Shown: positions 30,566-39,593, numbered from the stretch's first letter. The stretch: DNA of 64,000 bases from an uncultured Bacteroidales bacterium (GCA_963736675.1 CAVTPT010000004.1:448815-512814); one strand, 5' to 3'. Notes: generated by a model from the letters alone, not told the origin. A program made the numbers and translations.

Positions 30566-31033
30566 ATGAAAAAAATTACTGTTTTATTAGCAGCAGTTGT
30601 GATTTCTGCATCATCGTTTGCACAGACCCCTGATTTTTCAGGAAGCTGGAAGCTTAATTCTGAAAAGAGCAAACTGGGAGCAGAGTTCAGTATGGCCCCT
30701 GGTCAGATCATTGTTATTCAAAAAGGTAATGATATGAGTGTCGAAAAACACTCTGATTTCGGAGGACAAGAGGTTACAACAACTGACAAGCTTACCCTCG
30801 ACGGGAAAGAGTGTATAAACGCCGGATGGCAGGATTCCAGGAAAAAATCGACTGCTTTGTGGTCAGATGATAAAAAATCGCTGAAAATAACTTCCAAACT
30901 TGATGTTGGAGATGGTGGTGAAATGACAATTGTGGAAGTATATAAGATGAATGGTGCAAACATGGTCATTGAATCAAGCTCATCCTCGTCATTCGGCGAT
31001 ATGGCTGAAACCATGGCTTATGATAAGCAATAA
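30566..31033 (+). CDS. secreted hypothetical protein (lipocalin-like beta-rich)
   Basis: Signal peptide ending FAQ, followed by a GSWKLN motif as in small lipocalin-like proteins. No specific family recognised. Confidence 0.5.
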   Translation: MKKITVLLAAVVISASSFAQTPDFSGSWKLNSEKSKLGAEFSMAPGQIIVIQKGNDMSVEKHSDFGGQEVTTTDKLTLDGKECINAGWQDSRKKSTALWSDDKKSLKITSKLDVGDGGEMTIVEVYKMNGANMVIESSSSSSFGDMAETMAYDKQ

Positions 31034-31118
31034 CCTGATCACACTATATGTACAGGGTTTTTAGATTCTTTTCAGGTTAACACTTACCTGTTTTTTAAGG
31101 AAAAATCCTGATTCAGTA

Positions 31119-31155
31119 AATTCCGGTGTCTTAAATGAGATAAGACACCGGAATT
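31119..31155. terminator. bidirectional terminator hairpin
   Basis: 15-bp stem AATTCCGGTGTCTTA / TAAGACACCGGAATT with loop AATGAGA, followed by TCAATTTTTT. It sits between convergent genes. Confidence 0.65.
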
Positions 31156-31234
31156 TCAATTTTTTGACCTCATGGTATACCGGCCAAAATATAGCACATT
31201 GTTGTCAATCACCATTTCTGAAACGACTGTGGGT

Positions 31235-32320
31235 CTAAGCGTTTTTACGATATTCGGCCGGAGTGCAACCGGCCACTTTCTTAAATATCGTGTTGAATGA
31301 TGATTTTGAATTGAACCCTGCTTCGAAGAGAATCCACAAAATCGTTTTTTCTTTTAGTGCAGGGTCAGTAAGCAGGTTCATGGCATACTTCACCCGGTAA
31401 GTGTTTACATAGTCCGAAAAATTTTGCTGCTTGTGTTCATTTATTACCTGCGACAGGTTTCGCGCCTGTATTTGGAGCATTCCTGAAAGATCTTTCAGTT
31501 TTATTCCGGAATTTACATAGGGTTTGTTGGTCTTCATCAGATGATCGAGCTGCGAAATCACAAGCAGGGCTTCCGGTTTACTCAGGCTCGATTTTTTATA
31601 CTTCTCATGGATCTGAAACTTCTCTGTCAGAGAACGGCTTACAATTGCCACATAAAATAGAATGCAAAAATAGATCAGAAAAGCCATATTCCCAATCACT
31701 TTCCAGCTGAATCCCTCATTGGGAATAGTGTTGTCGAGTTGATTACCCACCTGAACCAATGCACAGGAAACCACAAATCCCCAAAGAGATATGGTTTGCC
31801 AGATAACCGGGATGTTATTGGCCAGTTGCGGATTTATTTTCACTTTAGCCCGGTATCGGGCATACCGGAGAATGGCCGCAATGTTAAAGCCTGCAATAAG
31901 GATATTAAAAAAAGTGATTAAGGCTGGAATACGGTATTTATAAATGAGGGGAAATCTTATGCTCATCTGATTGCTCAATTCAGGATCAAGGCTTAAAATC
32001 AGAAAGAAAAAAGAAATTATCATGGGAACAAATATCCAGAGGTTCTTTACTCTGAACTGAAAGCTGGAATCGATCAACGAACAAACAAACAAGTAAAACA
32101 GGCCACCCCAGACATATTGAAACGAGATCAGAAAACTATACAGTAGTACCGGGAGATGATTCACGATCAGGCATGACAAAGCCAGAATCTGACTGACAAA
32201 ATATAAACCCAGATATCTGTTTGATTTATTATGTCTGCCCACAGTGAACAGTAACAACGAAAAAAGCAACAGAAGAAAAATTGTTAAAATATTGATAATC
32301 GAAACAGGGCTCAACACCAT
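31235..32320 (-). CDS. membrane-bound AraC-family transcriptional regulator
   Basis: About 230 aa of multi-TM N-terminus followed by an AraC HTH (LSQVINEHKQQNFSDYVNTYRVKYAMNLL...GFNSKSSFNTIFKKVAGCTPAEYR). Confidence 0.8.
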   Translation of the reverse strand: MVLSPVSIINILTIFLLLLFSLLLFTVGRHNKSNRYLGLYFVSQILALSCLIVNHLPVLLYSFLISFQYVWGGLFYLFVCSLIDSSFQFRVKNLWIFVPMIISFFFLILSLDPELSNQMSIRFPLIYKYRIPALITFFNILIAGFNIAAILRYARYRAKVKINPQLANNIPVIWQTISLWGFVVSCALVQVGNQLDNTIPNEGFSWKVIGNMAFLIYFCILFYVAIVSRSLTEKFQIHEKYKKSSLSKPEALLVISQLDHLMKTNKPYVNSGIKLKDLSGMLQIQARNLSQVINEHKQQNFSDYVNTYRVKYAMNLLTDPALKEKTILWILFEAGFNSKSSFNTIFKKVAGCTPAEYRKNA

Positions 32321-32368
32321 ACGATTAATGTTTTTGAAATTAATATATAATATTGATGACCCGTTCTT

Positions 32369-32920
32369 TTAAAATGTTATTCTGTATTTGCAGCTTTTGT
32401 CTCCCCTTTGAACCGACGAAATCACAGTTGCTGAAACAGGCTGTCCAATTACTGTTGAAAACATTTTTTCGGCAAAGCCTTCCGAGCAATAGCATAACAC
32501 CGGATATCTGGTCTCTGATTTATTGTCTATCATGGGGCATACACAGTAGTTCTTGTTCTCGTCGGCAACTATGGTTCTTGTGGCTTTATTGTAATCAACT
32601 TTCCAACCCCAACTGGTTTCTACCCAACAAATGAATGTTTCGAGCTTGTCTTTGTAACCGACAAGGATGCTCTCCATTTTCAGATCGTTGTAGTGTGCCA
32701 TTGCCGAACTTTTGAGTACTTTCCGGATTTCTTCCTCTCCCAGGGAGGAGTCGATATTGGCAAGCAACAGGGCGATCCAACTTTGGAAAAACAGCGTTTT
32801 GCTGTCATCTGCCTGATTTTTATTTTCTGATGGTGCTGTTCCGGCAATTGCGCTGAACCCGCACAAACAGGCACTGCCTAAACAGGCTGTTTTGAAAAAT
32901 TGCTTTCTGCTAATGGTCAT
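32369..32920 (-). CDS. Cys-rich hypothetical protein with Tat-like signal
   Basis: N-terminal SRKQFFKTACLGSA (an RK variant of the twin-arginine motif). The C-terminal Cys pattern is CVCP...LCYCSEGF...CKY. Confidence 0.5.
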   Translation of the reverse strand: MTISRKQFFKTACLGSACLCGFSAIAGTAPSENKNQADDSKTLFFQSWIALLLANIDSSLGEEEIRKVLKSSAMAHYNDLKMESILVGYKDKLETFICWVETSWGWKVDYNKATRTIVADENKNYCVCPMIDNKSETRYPVLCYCSEGFAEKMFSTVIGQPVSATVISSVQRGDKSCKYRITF

Positions 32921-33002
32921 ATTGTTTTTTATTTGGTTATTTCTTAAACTTCATTCATCCCTCAGCGCCTCCACCGGGTTCCTCGTGGCTGCTCTCCGTT
33001 TA

Positions 33003-33146
33003 CCACCCCTAAATCCCCTGAAGGGGACTTTTAAATCTACCTTAAACCACATTTTCAATTCTTTTAACTACTTCTTTTATATTATTTACAGTCCATTCCA
33101 TTGTTGAATTCCTTAGTTCTTAAAGCCCCTTCAGGGGTTTGGGGTG
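33003..33146. mobile_element. MITE-like module, copy 1 (imperfect terminal inverted repeats flanking a 96-bp AT-rich core)
   Basis: The left arm CCACCCCTAAATCCCCTGAAGGGGAC (33003-33028) is the inverted complement, with three 1-nt gaps, of the right arm GCCCCTTCAGGGGTTTGGGGTG (33125-33146). Each arm also contains its own CCCC-N4-GGGG mini-palindrome. Confidence 0.3.
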
Positions 33147-33202
33147 AAAATTACTCATACCTCAGCGCCTCCACCGGATTTCGTGTAGCAGCTTTCCGTT
33201 TA

Positions 33203-33346
33203 CCACCCCTAAATCCCCTGAAGGGGACTTTTAACTCTACCTTAAACCACATTTTCAATTCTTTCAACTGCTTCTTTTATATTATTTTCAATCCATTCCA
33301 TTGTTAAATTCCTTAGTTCTTAAAGCCCCTTCAGGGGTTTGGGGTG
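33203..33346. mobile_element. MITE-like module, copy 2
   Basis: Same architecture 200 bp downstream (arms 33203-33228 and 33325-33346), with a few substitutions relative to copy 1. Confidence 0.3.
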
Positions 33347-33350
33347 AAAA

Positions 33351-35711
33351 CTATTCATACCTCAGCGCCTCCACCGGATTTCGTGTAGCAGCTTTCCAGC
33401 TTTGCCAGCTAACCGTTAACAATGCAATTCCCAATGCCAGTACTCCAGCCAAAGCGAAGATCCACCAACTTAAATTGGTTTTGTAAGCAAAACTTTCAAG
33501 CCATTTATCCATGACATACCATGCAACGGGTGTGGCAATTACAAAAGCAATAGCTACCCATTTCACAAAGTCGCGGTTGAGCATAGTCATTACTTCCGAA
33601 ATACGGGCGCCGTTCACTTTACGGATACCAATTTCCTTTACCCTGCGCTGGCAGGCAAACAGCGAAACTGCTAAAATTCCCAGGCTGCAAATCACAATTG
33701 CACAAATCGCAAACAGCGAGAAGGTGCGCCGAAACTGTACTTCCGACTGGTACAGGTTTCCGATGGCCTGATCCAGAAAGCTGATTTCGACCGGGAAAGA
33801 AGGTGACAACCCTGTGGCGCTTTTACTGATGTCCTGGATGGCGTAGTTCAGGTCCGAATAATCCGATGTTTGAAGGTTGACAAGGCAGTAGGAGGCAAAC
33901 GGTTCATTCCGGATGGCCAAAGGCAAAATCGGATTGTTTACGGGCTTATAATGAAAATCTTTGATCACTCCAATGATTTCACAAATAGTGCCGTTCATGC
34001 TGAAAAATTTAACGCTCAGTGGGTTCTGCAGTTTGTTCTCGCGGACAAAACTTTCGTTCACCACTACTTTATTGGCATCAGTCGAAAGATCTTCAGAATA
34101 AAGGTGCCCTGAGATCAGTTGCAGTCCCATTGTTTCAAAAAAGCTGGCATCAGCGCCAAAGGTGTCGTAATTCAGTTGTCTGGGTTCGCCGGCGGCATCC
34201 ATTTTGGTTTCCCAGTACGAAAGTGGCTGACCGGGATAATATTGTGAAAATGAGATTTTTCCTACTGAAGGGTTTTCAAGAAGCATTTTCTTCAGAACAT
34301 CTCTTTTGCCCATCAGTTCGGGAGTTAATCTGATTCCGATGACATTCTCCTGATTGATGCCCAGATTACTGCTTCCGAAGTTGACCTGTTTTTGTACCAA
34401 AACCGTGAAAGCTATTAAAACGATAGCAATGGTGAACTGGACAGTTACCAGAATTCCGCTTGAAACCGAATTATTGGTGCGTGGTTTAACAGAATGTCGG
34501 AGGTTGTCAATAGGGTCTGACGACGAAATGCGAAGGGCCGGAATGATACTGAAAATTAAACTCAACGCCAGAGTTGCGGCTACGGCTATTCCCATAAATC
34601 CGTACGAATAAATCAGTTGCTGATTAAACAGAATTCCGGTGTAGCTGCAAATGTATGGGGTAAAAATTCGGATCAGCAGGATAGCAAAAAACAATGCGAT
34701 CAGGAAAAACAGGAATGCTTCGGAAATAACCTGGAAAAGCAATGCTGCGCGGCTTGCCCCATTGACCTTCATTACCCCGGTTTGCCTGATTCGTTCCAGC
34801 CATTGCGAAGCTGAAATGTTGATGAAGTTGACCAACGCTATAATCAGCACCAATGCCGCTACCAGCAATAAAATCATCACTTTTTTCTGATCGCCGGAAT
34901 GCAGGTAATTACCGTTGAACAAGGTGAATTGAGAAAAGTAAAGCTTTTTGAGTGGCGTTAATTGGGCTGCCGATTCTTTAGTGCGCATTTCGTTTGGGAA
35001 AAGAGCTGCAATATTTTTAGCCGTTTCATCGGGGTTAATTCCCTCTTTCAGCAGAACAAAAGTCTGGAAAAGACAGAAGGGCCACACTTTAAACTCGTTT
35101 TCGTCGGGCATTACCACTTTTCGGGTGGCCATCGATGTCAGCGCACTGAACGAAAGGCTCGAATTGGCCTCCGGATCTTCAACCACCGCTTTAACGGTGA
35201 GTTCTTTTTCGTTGTTCAGCTTCATGGTTTTACCAGTCGCAGGTTCTTTCCCGAAAAGCTTTTCCGACAAGGTTTGGGTGATTACCACGGTCATTGGCTC
35301 TTTCAGCGCCAGTTCCGGATCGCCTTCAACCACCTTGTAAGTAAAGAGTTTGAAGAAATCTTCGTCGGCAAAAATCAGGTCCGAAGTGATGGGATCTTTA
35401 CCTGTAACCTGAAAAACCGGGGCTTCCCACGTTCCGGCAACGCGGACGGTCGATTCCACACCTGGCACACTCAGGTCGATATTGTCTTTCAGCACTCCCG
35501 GGGTATAAATCTGAGGTAGATTATTCGCATCAGAATACAGAAAAACGCGCTTGCCGTTTTTGTGGTAATTGTCAGTAGTCAGTTCGCTGTACGAATACAC
35601 CGAAAGGATGATGACCAGGGCCAGACTAATGCCAAGTCCAAGTAAATTAATCAGGTTAGTTACCGGTTTTCGGACAAAATTTCTATAAGTCGATTTGAAT
35701 ATGTTTTTCAT
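33351..35711 (-). CDS. FtsX/MacB-type ABC transporter permease (paralog 1)
   Basis: 786 aa. N-terminal TM, large periplasmic domain, FtsX 4-TM module, second periplasmic domain, and a second FtsX module (GIRKVNGA...). Confidence 0.85.
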   Translation of the reverse strand: MKNIFKSTYRNFVRKPVTNLINLLGLGISLALVIILSVYSYSELTTDNYHKNGKRVFLYSDANNLPQIYTPGVLKDNIDLSVPGVESTVRVAGTWEAPVFQVTGKDPITSDLIFADEDFFKLFTYKVVEGDPELALKEPMTVVITQTLSEKLFGKEPATGKTMKLNNEKELTVKAVVEDPEANSSLSFSALTSMATRKVVMPDENEFKVWPFCLFQTFVLLKEGINPDETAKNIAALFPNEMRTKESAAQLTPLKKLYFSQFTLFNGNYLHSGDQKKVMILLLVAALVLIIALVNFINISASQWLERIRQTGVMKVNGASRAALLFQVISEAFLFFLIALFFAILLIRIFTPYICSYTGILFNQQLIYSYGFMGIAVAATLALSLIFSIIPALRISSSDPIDNLRHSVKPRTNNSVSSGILVTVQFTIAIVLIAFTVLVQKQVNFGSSNLGINQENVIGIRLTPELMGKRDVLKKMLLENPSVGKISFSQYYPGQPLSYWETKMDAAGEPRQLNYDTFGADASFFETMGLQLISGHLYSEDLSTDANKVVVNESFVRENKLQNPLSVKFFSMNGTICEIIGVIKDFHYKPVNNPILPLAIRNEPFASYCLVNLQTSDYSDLNYAIQDISKSATGLSPSFPVEISFLDQAIGNLYQSEVQFRRTFSLFAICAIVICSLGILAVSLFACQRRVKEIGIRKVNGARISEVMTMLNRDFVKWVAIAFVIATPVAWYVMDKWLESFAYKTNLSWWIFALAGVLALGIALLTVSWQSWKAATRNPVEALRYE

Positions 35712-35767
35712 GATATGAATTAATTAGGTGTTTGTTTTCAGTTTTTACTTTCTGTTTTAAGTTAATT

Positions 35768-38149
35768 TTATTCGTATCTCAATGATTCCACCGGATTTCG
35801 CGTTGCCGCTTTCCAGCTTTGCCAGCTCACTGTGAGCAAAGCAATTCCCAATGCCAGTACTCCGGCCAAAGCGAAAATCCACCAGCTCAACTCGGTTTTG
35901 TAGGCAAAACTTTCAAGCCATTTATCCATGACATACCATGCAATGGGTGTGGCAATTACAAATGCAATGGCCACCCACTTCACAAAGTCGCGGTTGAGCA
36001 TGACCAGTACTTCGGAGATACGGGCTCCGTTTACTTTTCGGACACCAATTTCCTTTAATCTTTGTTCTGCCGCGAACATGGCCAGGCCAAACAAACCAAG
36101 GCAGGAGATCAGTATTCCGAGGGCAGCAAATAAACGGGAAAGGATTCCAATCCGTTGTTCGGCTACATACTGCGACTGATAAGTTGCATCCAAAAACTGG
36201 TAATCAAACGAAAGGCCCGGATTAAACCTGGAATAGACGTTGCCAAGCCCGGCAAGCACTTGTTTTTCCTGCCCGGCTTCAATCCGGGCCATAATTTTCA
36301 TCGTATTTCCAGGGTTTAAATCAAACAGTAATGGGTTTATCTTCTGATGGAGTGATTCATAATTGAAATCTTTCACCACCCCGGCAATCTGCTTTTCCTG
36401 GCCCCAGAAACGGATGGTCTTTCCAACCGGGTCCTTAAGACCCATAACATCCATAGCAGCCTGGTTCATCAGGATTTTTTCCTTCTCGTTTCCAAATGCT
36501 TCAGAAAAACTTCGTCCTTCGGCTATTTCCATTTCAAGGGTTTCAATCATCTGAAAATTAACCGGAACAACTTCAAAACGTATGCTGGCATCTGCCGGTT
36601 TGCCTTTCCAACTTACATCGTAAGTACTTGAATAACTGCCCATCAGGTTTCCGCCAATACTCGAAATGTTGACCACTCCGGGTATCTTTTTTGCTTCAGA
36701 TAAAAATGCGTCTTCCTCCTGAGCAACAGCACCCTCTTTGTCGAAGATAATCAGGTTATCTTTGTTGTATCCCAGGTTTTTATGCTGAATATATTCGATT
36801 TGTTTATAAACCACCAGTACCGAAATAATGAGGACGATCGAAATCACGAATTGAAAAACAACCAGCCCTTTTCGTGCCCAGATTTCACTTACCGGATTAG
36901 CCATTTTGCTTTTTAATACCTGGGAAGTACGAAATCCGGAGAGGTAAAGCGCCGGATAGATACCCGTTATAACTGCCGAAAGCAGGCAAACCCCCAGGGT
37001 TGTTAACCCAAATACAGGATTTAAGTTCAGGCTCATGTGTTTCGCGGTTATATGGTTAAACAGGGGAAGGAGCAAAAGCACCACGGTTATGGCCAGGATA
37101 AGCGAGAATACCGACAGAATCACCGATTCTGAAATAAACTGGAGTGTAAGAGAAGAACGGGTACTCCCAACGGCCTTTTTTATCCCTATTTCCTTCATTC
37201 TTTTTGACGAACGGGCTGTAGCCATGTTCATAAAATTGATACCTGCGATCAGCAGGATAAAAATGGCGACCAATGAAAAAAGCCTGACATAACTGATCCG
37301 GCCACCAGATTGCACCCCGTTTTCGAACTTTCCATAGAGGTATTGGCTGGAATATGGAATTGTAAATAAAGTGATGTTCGAATCACTCATTTTAGTTTTC
37401 AGGAAATTAGCGATACTGGCATTAAAATTTCTCAAATCTGTTCCTTTATTCAAAACCAGGTAGGTGGATGGTGCATTATTTCCCCATTGAATCTGTCGAC
37501 CCATCGACCTGGATAATTCAAGCCAGGCATCGAATGATAAAGTAAAATCGAACTGTGTCGTAGAGTTTGCAGGTGTTCCCTCAAATACGCCCGAAACAAC
37601 TGCCTGTTTTTCAAAATTTAATATCTTCCAGACAACCGTCTTCCCAATTACATTTTCGGTTGTCCCAAACAAGTTCATCGCCAGCTTTTTTGAAACAACG
37701 ATAGCATTTTGATCTGTCAATACACCATTGGGGTCTCCCTGGGACAGCCAATATGAAAAAATCCTGAAGAAATCCTTATCGGCAAATTGCCCGGCGCTTT
37801 TCACTGCCTTATTTTCACTGGATACCAGCGAAAAATTGCCTAACAAACTGGCTGGCATTACCGATGCTGCAAGTTCTACTTCGCTCATTTCTTCAGCCAA
37901 TGTGCGCCCCAACATATCGGGAGTCCATGACTGGGTAATAATTCCTTCCGAAGTCTGGTGATTTTCCATCACCTGAACCAATTGTTTATCCAGTGTATGA
38001 AATTTATCCACATGCTTTTCATCGTTCACCCATAAAAAGATGAGGATTGCACAACTAAAACCGGCAGATAGTCCGAGCAGGTTGATGATGAATGAACTTC
38101 TTTGGCGTCCAAAATTCCTGAATATAAAACGGAGATAATAACTTAGCAT
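35768..38149 (-). CDS. FtsX/MacB-type ABC transporter permease (paralog 2)
   Basis: 793 aa with the same architecture. The last 98 aa match paralog 1 at 90 positions by my count, while the rest is weakly similar. Confidence 0.85.
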   Translation of the reverse strand: MLSYYLRFIFRNFGRQRSSFIINLLGLSAGFSCAILIFLWVNDEKHVDKFHTLDKQLVQVMENHQTSEGIITQSWTPDMLGRTLAEEMSEVELAASVMPASLLGNFSLVSSENKAVKSAGQFADKDFFRIFSYWLSQGDPNGVLTDQNAIVVSKKLAMNLFGTTENVIGKTVVWKILNFEKQAVVSGVFEGTPANSTTQFDFTLSFDAWLELSRSMGRQIQWGNNAPSTYLVLNKGTDLRNFNASIANFLKTKMSDSNITLFTIPYSSQYLYGKFENGVQSGGRISYVRLFSLVAIFILLIAGINFMNMATARSSKRMKEIGIKKAVGSTRSSLTLQFISESVILSVFSLILAITVVLLLLPLFNHITAKHMSLNLNPVFGLTTLGVCLLSAVITGIYPALYLSGFRTSQVLKSKMANPVSEIWARKGLVVFQFVISIVLIISVLVVYKQIEYIQHKNLGYNKDNLIIFDKEGAVAQEEDAFLSEAKKIPGVVNISSIGGNLMGSYSSTYDVSWKGKPADASIRFEVVPVNFQMIETLEMEIAEGRSFSEAFGNEKEKILMNQAAMDVMGLKDPVGKTIRFWGQEKQIAGVVKDFNYESLHQKINPLLFDLNPGNTMKIMARIEAGQEKQVLAGLGNVYSRFNPGLSFDYQFLDATYQSQYVAEQRIGILSRLFAALGILISCLGLFGLAMFAAEQRLKEIGVRKVNGARISEVLVMLNRDFVKWVAIAFVIATPIAWYVMDKWLESFAYKTELSWWIFALAGVLALGIALLTVSWQSWKAATRNPVESLRYE

Positions 38150-38177
38150 ATTGATAATTTTTAAAGAGATAAATAAT

Positions 38178-38312
38178 TAATCATACCCCAGCGTCTCCAC
38201 CGGATTTCGTGTTGTCGCTTTCCAGCTTTGCCATGTTACGGTTAAAATGACTATCCCTAAGGCCAGTAAACCGGGCAGGGCATATATCCGCCAGCTAATT
38301 TCGGTTTTGTTT
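38178..38312 (-). pseudogene. 3'-terminal remnant of a third FtsX permease paralog
   Basis: The reverse translation reads NKTEISWRIYALPGLLALGIVILTVTWQSWKATTRNPVETLGYD*. It matches 31 of 44 residues of the paralog 2 C-terminus. An in-frame stop lies at 38313-38315 and unrelated AT-rich DNA lies beyond. Confidence 0.7.
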
Positions 38313-38523
38313 CACACTCCTCGGGCCATTTATACTACCAAAACAGAAACATGATTATTATCATATATATTCCATTATTGTGCCAAAAGATTAATTAATT
38401 AAAATACAGCGTATTATATTTTAAGACAATTGAAGATTGTCAAACATTTTTACATACAATTGTGTTATTATTTGTCACTTTCAGTTTCCCGGCCAGGAGT
38501 TTCATATCCGGAGGGTTACGGCA

Positions 38524-38549
38524 AAAAAAAAGCAGTCATTCTGACTGCT
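38524..38549 (-). terminator. terminator after tRNA-Lys
   Basis: On the - strand: GCAGTCAGAATGACTGC hairpin (7-bp stem) followed by a T8 run. Confidence 0.6.
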
Positions 38550-38552
38550 ACG

Positions 38553-38625
38553 TGATCCAGCTGGGGCTCGAACCCAGGACCCCATCCTTAAAAGGGATGT
38601 GCTCTACCAACTGAGCTACTGAATC
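38553..38625 (-). tRNA. tRNA-Lys (anticodon UUU)
   Basis: The reverse complement is GATTCAGTAGCTCAGTTGGTAGAGCACATCCCTTTTAAGGATGGGGTCCTGGGTTCGAGCCCCAGCTGGATCA. It folds as a cloverleaf with anticodon loop CTTTTAA and a GGTTCGAGCC T-arm. No CCA is encoded. Confidence 0.9.
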
Positions 38626-38762
38626 CTGTTTATTTTTGCGAGTGCAAAGTTAATTTAAAATATTTCCTATCCAAAAAATCTTTTCATTATTATTATCTTC
38701 TTAATTAAATCAGTCCTTCTGACAGAGCATAAAATGTCTTATTTTAGCATATTATTCCGATT

Positions 38763-39593
38763 ATGATGAGTACCATGAATAGTTTCTTCCGGGGCAAAGT
38801 AGTAATAATCACCGGGGCTTCTTCAGGAATAGGTGAAGCAGCAGCCCGTGAATTTGCCGCGAACGGCAGCAGAGTGGTACTTGCTGCCAGGTCAGAAGAA
38901 AAATTAATGTCAATAACAAGTGAATTAAAAGCAGCCGGACTCGAGGCAGAATACCATATAACAGATGTTACAGTTGAGGAGAACTGCAAAAATCTGATTG
39001 ATTTTACAATATCGAAGTACAGCCGGCTTGATATTCTTGTTAACAATGCCGGAATCTCAATGAGAGCACTCTTTACGGAAGTCGACCTGAAAGTTCTTCA
39101 CCGGCTCATGAATGTTAATTTCTGGGGAACAGTCTATTGCACGAAATATGCTTTACCACATCTGATTGCTGCCAAAGGGACTCTTGCAGCTGTCTCATCA
39201 GTCGCAGGCTTTAACGGGTTACCCGGCAGAACAGGCTATTCAGCTTCAAAATTTGCCGTCCATGGCTTTATGGAGACTATCAGGATAGAGAACCTGAAAA
39301 ACGGATTGCATGTTATGGTAATTGCTCCCGGCTTCACAACAAGTGAAATAAGAAAACATGCTCTTACTGCCAATGGCTCGGAGCAGGGAGATTCCCCAAG
39401 ATCGGAAGAGAAGCTTAAATCCCCCGGATTTGTGGCAAAAAGACTGCTTGCCGGAATCAGGTTCCGGCGGCGCAATATGATCCTGACCTGGGAAGGGAAA
39501 TTAACTGCCCTGTTTCAGAGAATTGTGCCCCGGCTCCTCGACAGGGCTTATTATGAAGCTATGTCACGTGAGCCAAGTTCCCCGTTAAAATAG
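38763..39593 (+). CDS. SDR-family oxidoreductase
   Basis: TGASSGIG, NNAG and YSASKFA motifs. Confidence 0.85.
   Translation: MMSTMNSFFRGKVVIITGASSGIGEAAAREFAANGSRVVLAARSEEKLMSITSELKAAGLEAEYHITDVTVEENCKNLIDFTISKYSRLDILVNNAGISMRALFTEVDLKVLHRLMNVNFWGTVYCTKYALPHLIAAKGTLAAVSSVAGFNGLPGRTGYSASKFAVHGFMETIRIENLKNGLHVMVIAPGFTTSEIRKHALTANGSEQGDSPRSEEKLKSPGFVAKRLLAGIRFRRRNMILTWEGKLTALFQRIVPRLLDRAYYEAMSREPSSPLK

Larger units (their letters stand above)
32951..33397. repeat. 200-bp tandem repeat (2 full units plus a partial third that is the live gene end)
   Basis: TCATMC landmarks at 32955, 33155 and 33355, so the period is exactly 200. 33155-33197 is identical to 33355-33397, the last 43 nt of the permease CDS. 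32951-32998 is a diverged third copy of the same gene end. Confidence 0.9.

Noticed and set aside
32951-33397. Diversity-generating retroelement (VR/TR pair at a gene 3' end)
   Set aside because: There is no reverse transcriptase in the window. The repeated coding segment is only about 45 nt, and the differences between copies are not adenine-specific.
32892-33486. Three + strand ORFs with repeated ...YLSASTGFRVAAFRLPPLNPLKGTF... peptides
   Set aside because: They arise from reading the 200-bp tandem repeat. That repeat consists of the antisense of the permease 3' end plus the hairpin arms. They use TTG/ATG starts at the repeat period and have no independent coding evidence.
34948-35519. + strand ORFs of 130 and 185 aa inside permease paralog 1; similar antisense ORFs occur in ackA (19487-19993), the FAD oxidoreductase (17346-17741) and dnaE2 (44624-45049, 46188-46603)
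   Set aside because: These are shadow ORFs opposite strongly supported genes, with no motifs and atypical composition.
38150-38625. Genomic island integrated at tRNA-Lys
   Set aside because: I found no integrase gene, no direct repeat of the tRNA 3' end, and no clearly foreign gene content. Only a permease remnant lies nearby. It is noted as context in the mosaic-permease finding.
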